This document shows, piece by piece, positions 25,073-39,664 of a stretch of 64,000 nucleotides of DNA. A program made the position numbers and the translations under genes. How positions within the stretch are numbered: position 1 is the stretch's first letter; each line of letters begins with the position of its first letter. The stretch is taken from contig NC_043010.1 in NCBI RefSeq assembly GCF_006345805.1, positions 5,084,001-5,148,000 of the forward strand, read 5' to 3'. The notes below the pieces were generated by a model, which did not search any database, was not told where the DNA came from, and was given only the letters and a program-made list of their open reading frames with translations. The DNA comes from Octopus sinensis. Lineage: Eukaryota.

Positions 25073-26839
25073 AAAGCCAGTTTGAATACCAAAGAGTTAA
25101 ACATAGAAGTAAAGTGTTACAACTATATATCACAAGAATTATTTTCGATTTTCGTTTTTTGGATTTGGTTTGCAAGATTCTTTATACGAGTTTGTGTTGA
25201 AGCATATTCTGTTGTGTCTGGGGAGAGTCATTTTCTTTTTTTGCCTTATAATATAACACACTCTTTTTGTGCCTTATAATGTAACACACTCTTTTTGTGC
25301 CTTATAGTGTGTTACATTATAAGGCACAAAAATAAAATGACTCTCCCCAGACACAACAGAATATTATCGATTTGTCACTCAATTTTATTTTTGTCAATCC
25401 ACCAACACCTATCCCAAACAGATTGGCATAGACATGAGGTTATGAAGCTTGCTTTGCAATCATGGTGTTTCAGGTTCAGTCCTAGTGCACAGCACCTTGA
25501 ACAAACCCCAGGCCAACAAATACCTTGTGAATGAAGCGTGTGTATTTCTTTGTGTCTGTGTTTGTGACCCCCACCACTGCTTGAGGACTGGTGTGGGTTT
25601 GTTTGCATCCCAGTAACTTTACAAAATGACATAAAGAAACTGATACAATAGGTACCAGATTTTTTTAAAAATTAAGTACTGGGATCGACTGACTAAAACT
25701 CTTCAAAGTAGTACCCCAGCGTGGTTGTAATCCAATGACTGAAACACTTAAACGATAAAAGAGAGAGAGAGAGAGAGAGAGAGAAAGATGAATGGAAGCT
25801 GTTAGTAATGAAGTTGAAATTGTAACCTGTGTACAGGTAGTTCAATGCCATATCCATATAACTATTGCATCTTTCTACATCTCTAGTTCCTATATTTACA
25901 CCATCCAGAGAGTAATTATACTTATCTCCTGATAGTTGCCACAATGATAATATGAATATACGTGAATTGTAGATCTGAATTGATTACTGATAAGACAGAA
26001 GTAATTACTTCGAGATAGAAGTCGACAAAGTAGAGACTTTGATGTGCCTCTGGCAGTGCTTAACCATTTCAGACCCAGTCTAGTACAATGTATATCAATA
26101 AATTCTTTATTTCTGTTATATCAACCGACTTTTCATTTTATTTCGAGGATTTGTCTAAAACTAAATCATCATTTCACACAATACATCTACCGGTCACATT
26201 CTTCAAATGGCTTCCTTATTTATATCTGTCTTGAACCATCATCATCTACAACAAACAATACCTTTCTCATATAATGATCGGAAAGTTTTAATTTTCCCAG
26301 GAAGAGTTGTGTCCATTCAGAATGAGAACTCGATTTTCATTACTAATACTTTATTGATTCCAGAGTTATGAAAAGCAAAATTTGAATCAGTACGATTTGA
26401 ACTCAGAATATAAAGAAGCCTACTTATAAATCAATCTCAAACTAGCATCAGCAACATTTTCTAATTTGGGATCAATATTCTAGATCAGTTATTCAAATCC
26501 TGGGCATAATCGTTCTTCTTAATTCTCCCATTGGCTATGTTCATCATTCGGAAATCCTACATGTTTCGGAAAACTAAACAATATACTTGTGGAAGAATTT
26601 TCTTTAGCAGTAAGTTGTTACCATTGTCTATTGTCAATCTCTAGAAGCTGCTGTTATATATTGTCTTCAGTGAGTTTTCTATTATTTGTGACATTTTGCT
26701 CTGCCAGAATGTTTCCTATGTCAGTCAAGACATTAATGCTTCTATCAGTTATGATGGCTTTCTTTATGCTGTTACCCAATCATCTTCAACACATACATAC
26801 ACAAATTTTTAATGCATATATATACATATACACACACAC

Positions 26840-26873
<34 letters not shown>

Positions 26874-27106
26874 TAGAGTTACATATATATTGACATCTAT
26901 CTATAAGATACACAAAGACAGACAACATTAAGCACTGTCATACACACACACAAACACACACATACATGTAAATTAACTCGTACGCATATATATTCATCAT
27001 TTTTATGATTTTCCATCTTGGTATGGGGATGAATGAATCTGACAATGTCTTTCCACTTATAGTCTTCATCATCTGCTAGATACAGCAACAGAGAAAATTC
27101 AGTCCC

Positions 27107-27139
<33 letters not shown>

Positions 27140-27183
27140 ATATATATATATATATAATATATATATATATATTTATATATATT

Positions 27184-27221
<38 letters not shown>

Positions 27222-27256
27222 AAGAGAAAGAAAGAGAGAGAGAAAGAGAAAAAGAG

Positions 27257-27289
<33 letters not shown>

Positions 27290-27392
27290 GAGAAAGAGTA
27301 GCAGGGACAAAGAAACATGGACAGACAACAGACAGACATATGCAAATATACATACACTCATTTGTGTATAAATATCTATGTTTGTGTATGTA

Positions 27393-27425
<33 letters not shown>

Positions 27426-27771
27426 ACACACACACACATACACACACACACACACACACAGACACATGCATACAATTACAAACACTAATACACAGATACA
27501 CGTATAAATTAAGTCAATAAATATTAGAAACATTTCATGAGGTCAAAAGTGATATTAAAGGAATTATAGTTAATTGAAATTTTCTTTAATTACAGAGAAA
27601 TGTAGCAATTATCTTGCAAGTTAACAACAAGAAAAAAAACACACAGAAATTCATGATTGCCAATCATCAATAGAATCACAAGAAAATGAAAGGGAAAGAA
27701 AAAAAAAAAGAAAGAAAAAAAAACAAATAACATCTTCAATAAATGGAATTGAAAATAAATTAGCTACTTAC

Positions 27772-30168
27772 AGGGTGTGCCCGTTTTGAAATAGTTTTGC
27801 TGTGTTTCCCTATGGAAGATCCTTCCCAGCAGTGATTAGTCTCATATTGAGAGTGTGGCTCTCTTATTAGAGTTGTCGGAAAGTTATCAGTGCAAGCTAA
27901 CATAGTAATTGGAATATCATATTTAGGAGATATTTCTTCACAAGTATATTCAGACTGTCTCCTTTCATTTAAAATGTCATTATGTGTGCCTACACTCCCA
28001 GTAAATCGACTATCCTTTGTGCTTTTCCTTTGGATTATACACATAATGAAAGATACAACAATAGCAACAGAAACTATCACTGCTGCTACTACTATAATAA
28101 TCATCAAGTTAATATGAATTCTGTTGTCTGATTCTGTGTCTTGAGAGATGTACATTCTGGCTGTTGTATTGCTAACAGTTAGTGTCAAAGACAGTGTGGT
28201 CGTTGCTGATAAAACTGGTATGCCATTGTCTTTGACAGTTAATATCAGATTATATGATCCAGCATCGTTTTGGTAAACCGTTCGAGAGAATGACAAAACT
28301 CCTGTGTAAGGGTTGACTGTAAATAACTGCTTGTTGTTACCTCCAAGTATTTCATACTTGAGGAAGGCATTAACATGACTGTCTCTGTCAGAGGCTCTTA
28401 ATGTTGTGATGTCACTCTTACTCTGTGGATGGTAGTGGACATCTAGATTGAAAGGGTTAAAACTAGGGAAAGTAAAATAGGGAGCATTATCATTTTTATC
28501 CATAACTTCAACAACAACATTAGCTGTGTTGTTAAGAGAAGGTATTCCATTATCTTTAGCCATTATTTTAAACCGATAAAGATCTTGCTTTTCGCGGTCA
28601 AGTGACTGAGTAGTTGAAATAAAACCAAAATCAGATATGGAAAATGGAATATGTCTATTAGAGCCGATAAGAGAGTAGGTTAACTGAGATCCAGCAACAA
28701 GATCTGGATCTGTAGCATTGACAAAACCTATTGAGAACTTAGGTTCTTCATTTTCATAGACTGAAAACCTGAATGTAGCTTTTGTAAATTGTGGTTGAAT
28801 ATCATTAATATCCATAACTTGGATTGAAAAACTGTGATCCGTTTGTAATGGTGGAAATCCTTTGTCTTCACAAGAAATCGTGAGATCAATATGGCTTTCT
28901 GTTTCTCTGTCTAATGATTTTTTTACAACTAATTTGTATTTTTTCTTTCCTAGACTTTGAAGCTGAATTTTATCATGACGAAGATTGCATATAATTTTGC
29001 CATTCATTCCAACGTCATTATCTGTGACCTTTACGTAAGCTATGAAACTGTTAATTTTCACTCCTTCTGAAATAATGGCAGTGTTTCCTGTAGATTTTGA
29101 AATAAAGTTAATATCAATAACAGGAGCACTGTTTTCATTGTTATTTACATGAACCAATACAATGGCTGTTGAAGTCGATGGTGGATTTCCCCCATCAGTA
29201 GCTTCCACAAATAATTTATAAGACTTTTTGGATACAAAAGGAACTTTTTTCTTTAGAATTATTTCTCCTGTTTTCTCATTCAAATGAAAATATGATTTTG
29301 CAACATTTGAAGTTTTTGAGCTAAAGTGGTATGTGACTTTGCCATTTTCCCCTGAATCTACATCACTTGCAGATAATATTGTAATTGGTCTATTTTTTTC
29401 ATTTCTGTTACTAATAGAAATATTATAAAGATTTTGAGAAAAGATTGGTGAGTTATCATTTTCATCGATAACAGTTATTATCACATCCAAAACACCAAAC
29501 TTTGAAGGAGATCCTCCATCTGTAGCAATAATTTGAAGCTTATAATTATCTTTCCTTTCTCTGTCAACTTCTCCTTCCAAAACGATTCCAAGTTTAATTG
29601 TTGAATCTGTCTTTTTTGTAATTGATAATGAAAATGTTTTTTCTATATCTTTCTTCAGTTGGTATGTAATTTGTGAGTTAATAAGACTCACATCTCTGTC
29701 TTTAGCAGTTGGAACGAATTTTATAGTTCCTTTGCCATCTGTTTCATCAAATTGTATATTGACTTGCTTGACTGGAAACTCAGGTCGTTGATCGTTGACA
29801 TCTTCCACAACAACTTTAATTTCTAATATTTTGACGAAAGATTCTTCGTTTCGTACTGCTATATCCACCATTTTGAAGCATTCAGTGTTGAATTTACATA
29901 GCATATCTGCATCAACTATTTGAGACGTGTAAAGTTTACCTGTCTTAGAGACATTAAATAACTGTGATCCATTGATAAAAGTTTCTTTTAAGTGGCTGAA
30001 CCAAAGTAGATTGTGATCTTGTACAGGTATGCGATCAAACAAATGTGTGTCTGCTGCAATGTCACCAACTAATGTACCTGGCATCTTGCCTTCTTCTACA
30101 TGATAAATGAGGTCTTCACATTGAGAAATCTTCAGGAGAAATGACATTATATAAAGATATGTCCACAT
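27772..30168 (-). CDS. Pcdh: Protocadherin, large ectodomain/TM exon (signal peptide, 6 EC repeats, TM, partial cytoplasmic tail); probably continues in a downstream exon
   Basis: Lies within the 840-aa ORF 27760..30282. Likely start is ATG at 30168 (MWTYLYIMSFLLKISQC, signal-like). Cadherin motifs: DVNDQRPEF, DRDVSLINS, DRERKD, ATDGG, DENDNSPIF, DRETE, DINDIQPQF, DREKQD, DKNDNAPYF. EC1 has CX5C (CKFNTEC). TM is INLMIIIVVAAVIVSVAIVVSFIMCII. Acceptor ttttatattttacAG ends at 30221; phase-0 donor CCT|GTAAGT at 27771. Confidence 0.95.
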
Positions 30169-30419
30169 TTTAGTCAATGAGAAAGTTGATGATGGTAGAC
30201 AAAGAATCAATTCAAAGAATCTGTAAAATATAAAATAAATGACAGGAATTAGAGTCTTTAAAAATTTCGTCCATGGCGTCACAGTTCATGAAATTTTAAC
30301 AACGATGTTTATACTGCATGAAATTTTGACAGTAATGTTACATTTCATGAAATATTGAAATAATCTTTACATGGATGTCACCATTCCAGCCTATCAGAAA
30401 TAATGGGCTGAAATGGTTT

Positions 30420-30840
30420 CATCTTTATTGGTACAAGGCCAGCAGTTTTAGTGGGAAGGGATAGGTGATTACATTGATCCCAATGCTCAACTCTTCTTCT
30501 TTTATTGAGGATGAAAGGTGAAGTTGATGTTAGGGGAATTTGAACTTATAGTGTAAGAATCCATAAGAAATGCAACTAAGCATTTTTTAAAGCATTTTGG
30601 GAAATGATTCTGCCAACTCACTCCCTTCAGCGATTTGTAATAATTTTTTCAAACTTTTTGCATAGGTCCAGCACTTGCAAGGGGGGATCAATGCCAGAGT
30701 TCAACTTGTACTTTTATTGACCTCAAAAGGATGAAATGTAAAGTTGACCTTGGCAGCATTTGAACTCAGAAAGTAACACCAGAAGAAATACCACAAAGTA
30801 TTTGGTAACATGGTAATGATTCTGCCACTTCACAATCTTA
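30420..30840 (-). mobile_element. Two tandem degenerate family B SINEs in the Pcdh upstream intron
   Basis: aaggatgaaa(g/t)gt..agttga...atttgaact..gattctgcca..tcac occurs twice. Confidence 0.65.
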
Positions 30841-32723
30841 AGCCCATTTGTAATTATGAATGGTACAAATTGTTTAATACATATATTTTTTCTATCTATA
30901 ATTAAATTATATAATTTTATGCATATATCAAAGAAGAAAGTGTAGAGAAGAGAATAGGACTGTTTCTCCAGGAAGGGATTTTGAAAAACAGAATGAAGGT
31001 GATGTTAGATTAAAGTAAATAATTTGAAGTTTATTTCATTTTTTATTTTTATTTTTCCTGAATTAAGATGTATTAAGATTAGGATCTAAAATTGAGGCAT
31101 TTCATGGAAGGATATTCCTTTTTTATTTAATTACTGACATGTAAAAGCACAAGAAATGTTATAAAAATATATTTAAGTGAATAATTTTGTTGTTTTAATG
31201 AATCTTGTAAATTATCATTTATTTTACTTGTTAACGAATGAAGTTTACAAAATAACCTTAAATGATATCTTTGCTTCCATTTTCTTTCTAAAAGGAAAAA
31301 CTCTCAAAGCTAAGGGATAAATAACATACTGTTGTTGGGAGGCATTGAGCTAGTTAATCTCTCACAGACATAGTGAACTGAGATTATAAATGATGAAGGA
31401 ATATTTGCTATTGAAATGATAGAAATGAGTTTACCGAGATATTGTGAGTGGAATTGTAATTTGGAGGATAGAAAAAGGATTTATTAGTTACTCTAGAGAG
31501 CAATTACAATGTGAGAATGTGACCTGTAGAGGAAGAAATTATGTTACTAGATATTAAATTGTATAACATAAATATGTTCAAATATTGGGAGATATTAACT
31601 GTTAAAACATAGATACTTTTACTGAACTCAGAAGACACATCACATTAGATGTAATAAAAAAAATATATATATCTACATACAAAGAAATAAAAATGTAATA
31701 AATGAAAACAAAATGGACACTAGCAAGTAGCATAGATTAGTTATCTCCATCTTGCCTGTCCATATTTCCCTTCTGAGTATAGTGAAACATTAATAGCGAA
31801 ATGGGATTGAACTGAGATCCAATAATTTGGAAAGCAATAATTTGTTCTGTAGAGCACAATGACATCTTTTATATTCCTTACATATGTTATAGTTTATACT
31901 GTTGTCCCTTTTGAATCATAATGTTGGAATATGCCAGGAAAACATTGCTAAAGCCATTAATGGTGTCAATACTATTGTTTGCAATCATGGCAATGACATG
32001 AAATTGATTATTTTAGCCGGAACATTCTATTTCAGTCAAATATATTTCATTGTAACCTTTCTCGTTGCCAGATTGCATTTCTATGTTTTTGCTTGCCAAT
32101 ATAATATTGTTTGAAGCCATAAGTGACAGAAATATTTCTTGCAATCTTCTGATATGAAAATTGAAAATTCCCTCTGAGTAGGGTTATTTTCTTTGACTTA
32201 AATAGATACATTACAAAAGAGCTTTATAGTCCGGAAGACAAGCGGAATCTATTCATGGAGGAACTGAAGAAAATTTGGTCAGCTCAAGGTTTTTGTGAGT
32301 CTTACTAATATTGAAACCGATTAAGGAATTCAAACGGCATATATTCTATTATCAAAGCCAATAATGTAACATCAGAATAGAATGACAACTTGCATGACTA
32401 CAAAAGCTGTTCTGCCAGGAGCAAAATGGAAATATTTTCCCCATTGTACAACTTATGACTATCAGTTTTGTTTCTCTTATCGACAGCTTTCAGGTGTTCG
32501 TAAACATCAGCAGAGAAATGGATTTAACTCACTGTGATTCTTTTATGCTTGCTTTTATTATTTTTCTCTTTTTTTCTTATCATATTTAATATTTTGATTA
32601 TTTGCTTGCTACAAAAAGAAATTCCTACATCCTTCCCATCTCTCCTTACACACGCACACAAACACACACACACATACACACACATACACACTCATGCATG
32701 CACACACACACATGCACATGCAT

Positions 32724-32760
<37 letters not shown>

Positions 32761-32916
32761 CTGATTTGAACTGAAACCTTTTAAAATTTCTGTTTCATAT
32801 ATTAATGATTAATTTTTCATTTTTAAAAGCAATTCCTGCTTTTGGCAAGAATATTTTTTTTTCACTCTTTATTTATTTATCTATTTATTGTTATTATCAT
32901 TATTATTATTATTATG

Positions 32917-32959
<43 letters not shown>

Positions 32960-33244
32960 CTACCACCATCATCACGACCACCACCACCACCATCATTATT
33001 GGTTCTGAAGACTAGTGTCCTTTAATGCAGTTTTCTATTTTTCTATATTTACAGCTTTTCTCTTCACCACCCTGCAGTAAAAATTTATGGATTTCACTAA
33101 CCATAAAACAAAGCTAGATATCACTCCTAATGTCTTAAGGCATCAACACTATGAGCACTATAAATAATGGTCGGCAGCTTCAACAAATTTAAGAGCATAT
33201 GCCTTCACCCTTGGAAAGCCAAAATGTCAGTAAGTACCATGTGG

Positions 33245-33600
33245 TAACAAAATATTTCATTGCCAGTAATGAGTTTCAATAGGTGCAGGCATAGCTTGTA
33301 GTTAAGAAGTTTGCTTTACAACCAAGTGTCTGTGAGTTCAATACTACTGCATGGCATATATATATTAATAAAATATTTCAATGCCAATAACATGTTTCAT
33401 TGAGTTCAGGCATGACTGTGTGGTTAAGAAGTTTGCTTTAAAACTAAATGGTTGAGTTCAATCTTGCTGTACAACACTTGTGTTAATAAAATTTTTCAGC
33501 AATGGTTACAAGTTTTAATGGGTGTAAACATAACTGCATCATGAGAAGCTTTCATTGTAACTCCAAAGATGCAGGTTCTATTCCATAGCATGGCTCTTCT
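33245..33600 (+). repeat. Three tandem ~120-bp units, each containing a family A SINE tRNA head
   Basis: Units start taa(c/t)aaaat(a/t)tttca at ~33245, 33366 and 33484, each followed by a gcaggcat/taaacat..aagaag..ttcaat-type head. Confidence 0.65.
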
Positions 33601-34607
33601 ACTAACTAAGTACTTCAAATACCTTATAACAAATTCCAATCAACGCAAGCAAAGCTGTGTGGTTAAGCAGTCCACTTAGCAAACACATGATTTTGATTTC
33701 AATCCTACTGAACAACATATTGAATAATTATTTCCTATGATTGCTTCAGTTTGACCCGGACCTTGTGAGTGGAATTTAGTAAAGTGAAACAGTATGGAGG
33801 TCCCTTATATGCTGTCCTTCAGTGATAGATTTAATCCAAGTCCAACTTGGTCCTTGGATGACGTTAACAAAGTTCACTATGTTGTAAGCATTTGAGCCCT
33901 GGTCTCCATTCTAAAGAAAACTTCTATACCTCCCACTAGTTATGGAGGCTCTGAATATAAAAAAGTGGAGGTCAATGACATTGCCGTTCCTTTATTGACA
34001 AAGGCATTAAATAAATTAAAAAGAAAAAAAATTATTCCTTCCAACGTTCATGGTAGTTTTGCAGTGATTATCAATGTAGGTAGAGAAACTTACGATAAAT
34101 GTTAATGGTTAACAAAGAGTTTTAGCTGAAGGGATCAATAATGATTTGAAAGCATTGACTAGCAAAAATTCTTCCTTTTAATGACAAAATAAGATCTTGG
34201 AAAATACATTATTGTATTTTGTTTTATATTTAAAATCTAAAAAAAGAAAAAAATTAGAACCTTCCCCACACACAGCATTTTTCAAGTATTTTGATGTATA
34301 TTGAATAATAGGAAAATTTTTTGATGTACATATTCACATAATTAGAAGTATATGCATACAGATGTGCATGTAAATTTAGTAAAGTAAGTTAAGTGCACGA
34401 ATGGAATTTTGTACCTTTTTTTTTATATGTTGCAATATATTTTTATACCCATTCATATCTATCTGTCTATATGAATAAATATATGCAGAAAACAAAGCAA
34501 TATATAAACTTGCTTTTAAGAGATAAAAAATGCAAAAATGCACGACAAATGATCCTCTTCCCTTTTACCTCATTAATATTGTTGATGTTGTTACTATCAT
34601 CATCATT

Positions 34608-35765
34608 AGGTAGTTAGCTGGCACAATCATTAGCACACTTGGCAAAAATGCTTAGTAGCATTTCATCCATTTTTTGAGTTCAAATTCTGCCGAGGTTAGC
34701 TTAGCCTTTCATACTTTTAGGGTTGATAAAATAAGTACCAGTTGAGCACTGGGGGGTGGGGAGTGATGTAATTGACTTACCACCTCCCCCCCAAATTACT
34801 GGGCTTGTGCCAAAAATTGAAATCACCATCACCACCACCATCATCATCATCATCATCATTATTATTAGGTTGGCAAGTTACCTAATGGTATTTTTTCCAC
34901 CTCGTTAAACTCTGAGTTCAAATTCTGTTAGGGTCATCTTTGCTTTTCATCCTTCTGGGGTTGACAAAATAGAGTACCAATAAAATACTGGGGGTAAATG
35001 ATGTTGACTGATCCTCTTTTCATAAAATTGTTGGCCTTACACCAAAATTTGAAACAGTTATTATTATTATTGTTATTATTATTATTATTATTATTATTTG
35101 TATATGGTAGTGGTTTGGCAGAATTGTTAATGCATCAGATAAAATGCAATGCCGTATGTATAGCAGAACTTTATGTTCTGATTTCAAATTCAGCCAAGAT
35201 CACCATTGTGTTTATCCTTCTAAGTCAATAGAAATAAAATATATGAGGTTGACATAATTAACTGTCTCTGTTCCCTAATTTTCTGGTTTTGCACCTCTAT
35301 ATTTGAAATAATATTATTTGCATTACAGAAGACAGAAGGATCAGAACATTAAAATAAAATGCCTTCTGATGTTTAATAACAATTCTTTACACTCAGAAGT
35401 TGATAAAATGAAGTACCAGTCAGGTATTGGGGTTGATTTAATCACTTATAGCCCTTCCCACAAATATAAGTAGCTTTGTGTCTGTGTTAGAAATGATAAA
35501 TATTTGTAATATATATTAGAGTGTAATATATATTAAGATGGCGAGCTGGCAGAAACGTTAGCACGCTGGACGAAATGTGTAGCCGTATTTCGTCTGCCAT
35601 TACATTCTGAGTTCAAATTCCACCGAGGTTGACTTTGCTTTTCATCCTTTTGGGGTCGATAAATTAAGTACCAGTTACGCACTGGGGTCAATGTAATCGA
35701 CTTAATCCCTTTGTCTGTCCTTGTTTGTCCCCTCTGTGCTTAGCCCCTTGTGGGTAGTAAAGAAA
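34608..35765 (+). mobile_element. Cluster of ~5 co-oriented family B SINEs of differing age
   Basis: Recurrent ggca..gagttcaaattc..ttcatcct..ggttgataaaa..gtacca at ~34608, 34866, 35103, 35330 and 35536. Confidence 0.7.
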
Positions 35766-37042
35766 TATATATATATATTAGAGTGAGACAAAATAATTCT
35801 CTTTTCTCAAATTTCCTCGCAGTTTAACACTGCACATCCACCATGGTAACCACTTGCAAACTGCATCCATTAAATACATGCATATTTATGATGGTAAATA
35901 AATTCAATAATGCACTGGATTTTGGTGGGGTCAAATTTTATTTTGTGTAAGTCTGACTGTCTTTTGGTTAAGGCATAGAAGTCTCTGAAAAGAGCTGGGC
36001 CCCAAAATATGTGTTATACAAATGCACATGTATGTGAATACGTCCTGAGATCACATGGAACGGTGCCTCTGCTACAGGGTTAAATAAGATCTGTGCCTGA
36101 AGTGTAAGTTCAGGAAAGCAGAAGATGAGCAAAGTAAATTCAAATTAGCTAGTAGAAGGCAGCAGGAAATCACTACTGTATCTATTCCAAAAAAATCATG
36201 AATCTTCAGACTTTGGTATGGCACTTTATGACTACTGATGCCTGCAGATATGGTATAGCAAGAAAAAACGTTTAGTTATTCTAACCTCATAAAAAACATT
36301 TTTCAATAATTTAATCCCTCTGTTATGAGAATTATGAACTGTACCACTTCATAGTACTCATTTCTTGGACATAAAAAAACTATTTGTGAAAGAAGTGTTG
36401 TGATCATAGACAAATTCAAAGCAACTCTCTCTCTCACTCTCTGCATACATATATACAAACAGATGAGTACAACGTTGCTTGTAACCAGAACAGTTTGCTA
36501 TTTTTGGATCCAAATCCAAATGCAGTCGTTGAGTCAGAAAGTCATTGATGGTTTCACAATTCTTGGGATAGATTATAGATATGAATATATTTAAATTTTC
36601 CTTATTAAATGTAAGTTTCAAAAGCAAATAGAGTTATATATATATATACATATATATATATATACTCCACTTACTTCCTATCAACTCTGAACAGAGGTAT
36701 GCTTATACATATACAAACATGCAAACAAGCATATATACAAATATACATATACATAGAATATAAATGTTTGTATCTATCTATCCCTCTTCTCTATGTATGA
36801 ATGTGTGTGTGTATGTGTGTATGAAAGTAGTAACATCACATTACTTTATGTTGGTTTTCTATTCTAGCATAGTTTGGCTGGTTGAGCCATCCTAGATTAC
36901 TACAGATCATGTTTGGAGTTAGTGTTTTGGAGAACCATATAGAAGCAGTACATTTCAAACTGGGTTCTTTCCCTATAGCTAAATGCTCCTCCTATCAAAA
37001 ACCACTTTTTACTTTGTATGTGTGCACGTATACATACATACA

Positions 37043-37082
<40 letters not shown>

Positions 37083-37403
37083 ATAAGGCCACCACATCCC
37101 CTAGGAAAGAGAATTGGCCTGTAAGAGTCCTTTGTCAGTGCCACATAAAAAGCACCTGTGCTGGTACCGTGTAAAAGCACTCATGCTGGTGCCATATTAA
37201 AAGCACACGGCACACACTGTCAAGTGGATGGTATTAGGAAGGGCATTCAGCCACAGAAACCAAGTTAAATCAGCTTGGAACCTGGTGTAGCTTACCAGCT
37301 TGCCAACTCTGGTCAAACCATCCAACCCATGCTAGGAGGAGAAAAAGACATAAAAGGATGGTGCTGCTGCTGCTGGACTATATATATGTATATATATACA
37401 TAC

Positions 37404-37473
<70 letters not shown>

Positions 37474-37507
37474 GTATATATATGCACATATATATATGTA
37501 TGTAATA

Positions 37508-37539
<32 letters not shown>

Positions 37540-37920
37540 GTATATATAAATAGGTATACACACACACATACATATATGCATATATTTATTTATACTTATA
37601 CATTTCTTTCTATAAACATATGTTTATATGTATATAGCTTTTAATATATAAATATATATATCTATGTATTTGTATGTGTGTGTGTTTGAGCGTACATTCA
37701 TAGGAAGCACAAAATTCAAATAGATTATATATTTATATACACATTTATAAATACACAACACCAAACGTAGTTACAGACATGACATTTAATAATCTAAAAT
37801 ACCCAACCAGTTCATATAGGTGATAATAAAAAGCAGAACAGAACATACACCCTCATACATATACATATATATACATATATATATAACATATATATATATA
37901 TATATATTATACATATATGT

Positions 37921-37988
<68 letters not shown>

Positions 37989-38202
37989 ATATATATATTT
38001 ATATATATATTTATTTATGCATGTATACACATCTATACTCATCTCCAGACACTTATTCATATATATATACATACATACTAAATTAGAAACACACTTGTGA
38101 ATATAAAAATGTTTATTTCTCTAAATGCAAATAAGATTTTCACATTCATAATCTTAAATCAGTTTCTGCTTCAACTATTTTCACCACCTTATTTTGATTT
38201 TC

Positions 38203-38237
<35 letters not shown>

Positions 38238-38533
38238 GTACACAAGTATATATATATATGTAGGTGTTATCTATGTATTTATTTGTTTTTCAGTATGTGT
38301 GTATACACATACACACACACACTTACATACATGCACACAGACATACACACCCAGACTCACATACATAACATATATAAATACATACATACATACATACATA
38401 TATATATATACATACATATACATGTATATATGTATGTATGTCTTTAGGTGTACATATGTGTATATATATGTATATGTATATTCATACGTACATATATATA
38501 TGTGTGTGTATATATATGCATATACATACATAT

Positions 38534-38576
<43 letters not shown>

Positions 38577-39388
38577 TGTATACATCCCAACACATGCACA
38601 CACAGACACAACTTAACCTTATGTATATATTCATATGCATGTGTGTGTATGTGTGTGTTTGTGTTTGTGTGCGTATTTATATGTGCGTGCATCTCACCAT
38701 ATAATGGTCACTCACAACACTAACTTCCACGTACCCATTCACAACGCCATACACCATACACAACATACCACACTACTAGCATACATGCTCCAGAGCTCAA
38801 GAAAGTTTCCAATCAAAACATTTTTCATCTTATACTTTGATGCAAGCGATTGAGAATAAAAATGCCATAAAATCTGCAACATTAACATTTTTGACAGTTT
38901 GCTCAAATAAAATTAGATTTATGTCCACCATAAGAAAGGTAGTGAGCTGTAATGTTTTATGGTCACATTTGTCAGAGATGATAACCCTAACGTACCGTTA
39001 ATACTAATTTCAGACTTTTTACAACTACTCATATGCGATGTATCTTTGTGAATTATGCATCAGCAAAACTATTGCTATTACTGGTTTTTAATTGCACAAA
39101 AATCTCTCATTTCTTTGAACTGTTTTTATGTTTTATTTTGTTTTGTGTTTTGTTTTGTGCTCTTTTTTTTTGTTTTTGTCCTAAAACAATTACTTTCTTG
39201 TACACATAGAAAAACACAAGTATACACAGACATGTGTTTTTTTGTGTGTATCTGTGTGTCTCTGTAATATGTATGTATGTATATAAATATGTGTGTGTAT
39301 ATATATATATATATATATAAATATATATATTTATACGCACATACATATATCAGTATGTTTGTGCATAATATGTGTCTTTTTGTACCTA

Positions 39389-39434
<46 letters not shown>

Positions 39435-39609
39435 ATATATACACACATATACAAACATATACATATGACATATGCATACATAGATGCATACATTCATACA
39501 TATATATACATACATTAATACATACATACATATATATACATATATATAAGAATATATATATATATACATACATATATATATTATAAATATATATATACAT
39601 ATATATAAC

Positions 39610-39664
<55 letters not shown>

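Noticed and set aside
26420-26800. Purine-rich minus-strand stretch as possible Pcdh cytoplasmic exon
   Set aside because: Stops in all frames examined and no recognisable motif.
30169-30282. N-terminal 38 codons of the 840-aa ORF
   Set aside because: Begins at a non-ATG codon and crosses a strong splice acceptor at 30221. The signal peptide begins at ATG 30168.
33245-33600. CRISPR-like repeat/spacer arrangement
   Set aside because: Eukaryotic context; whole units are homologous SINE-head duplications with no unique spacers and no cas genes.
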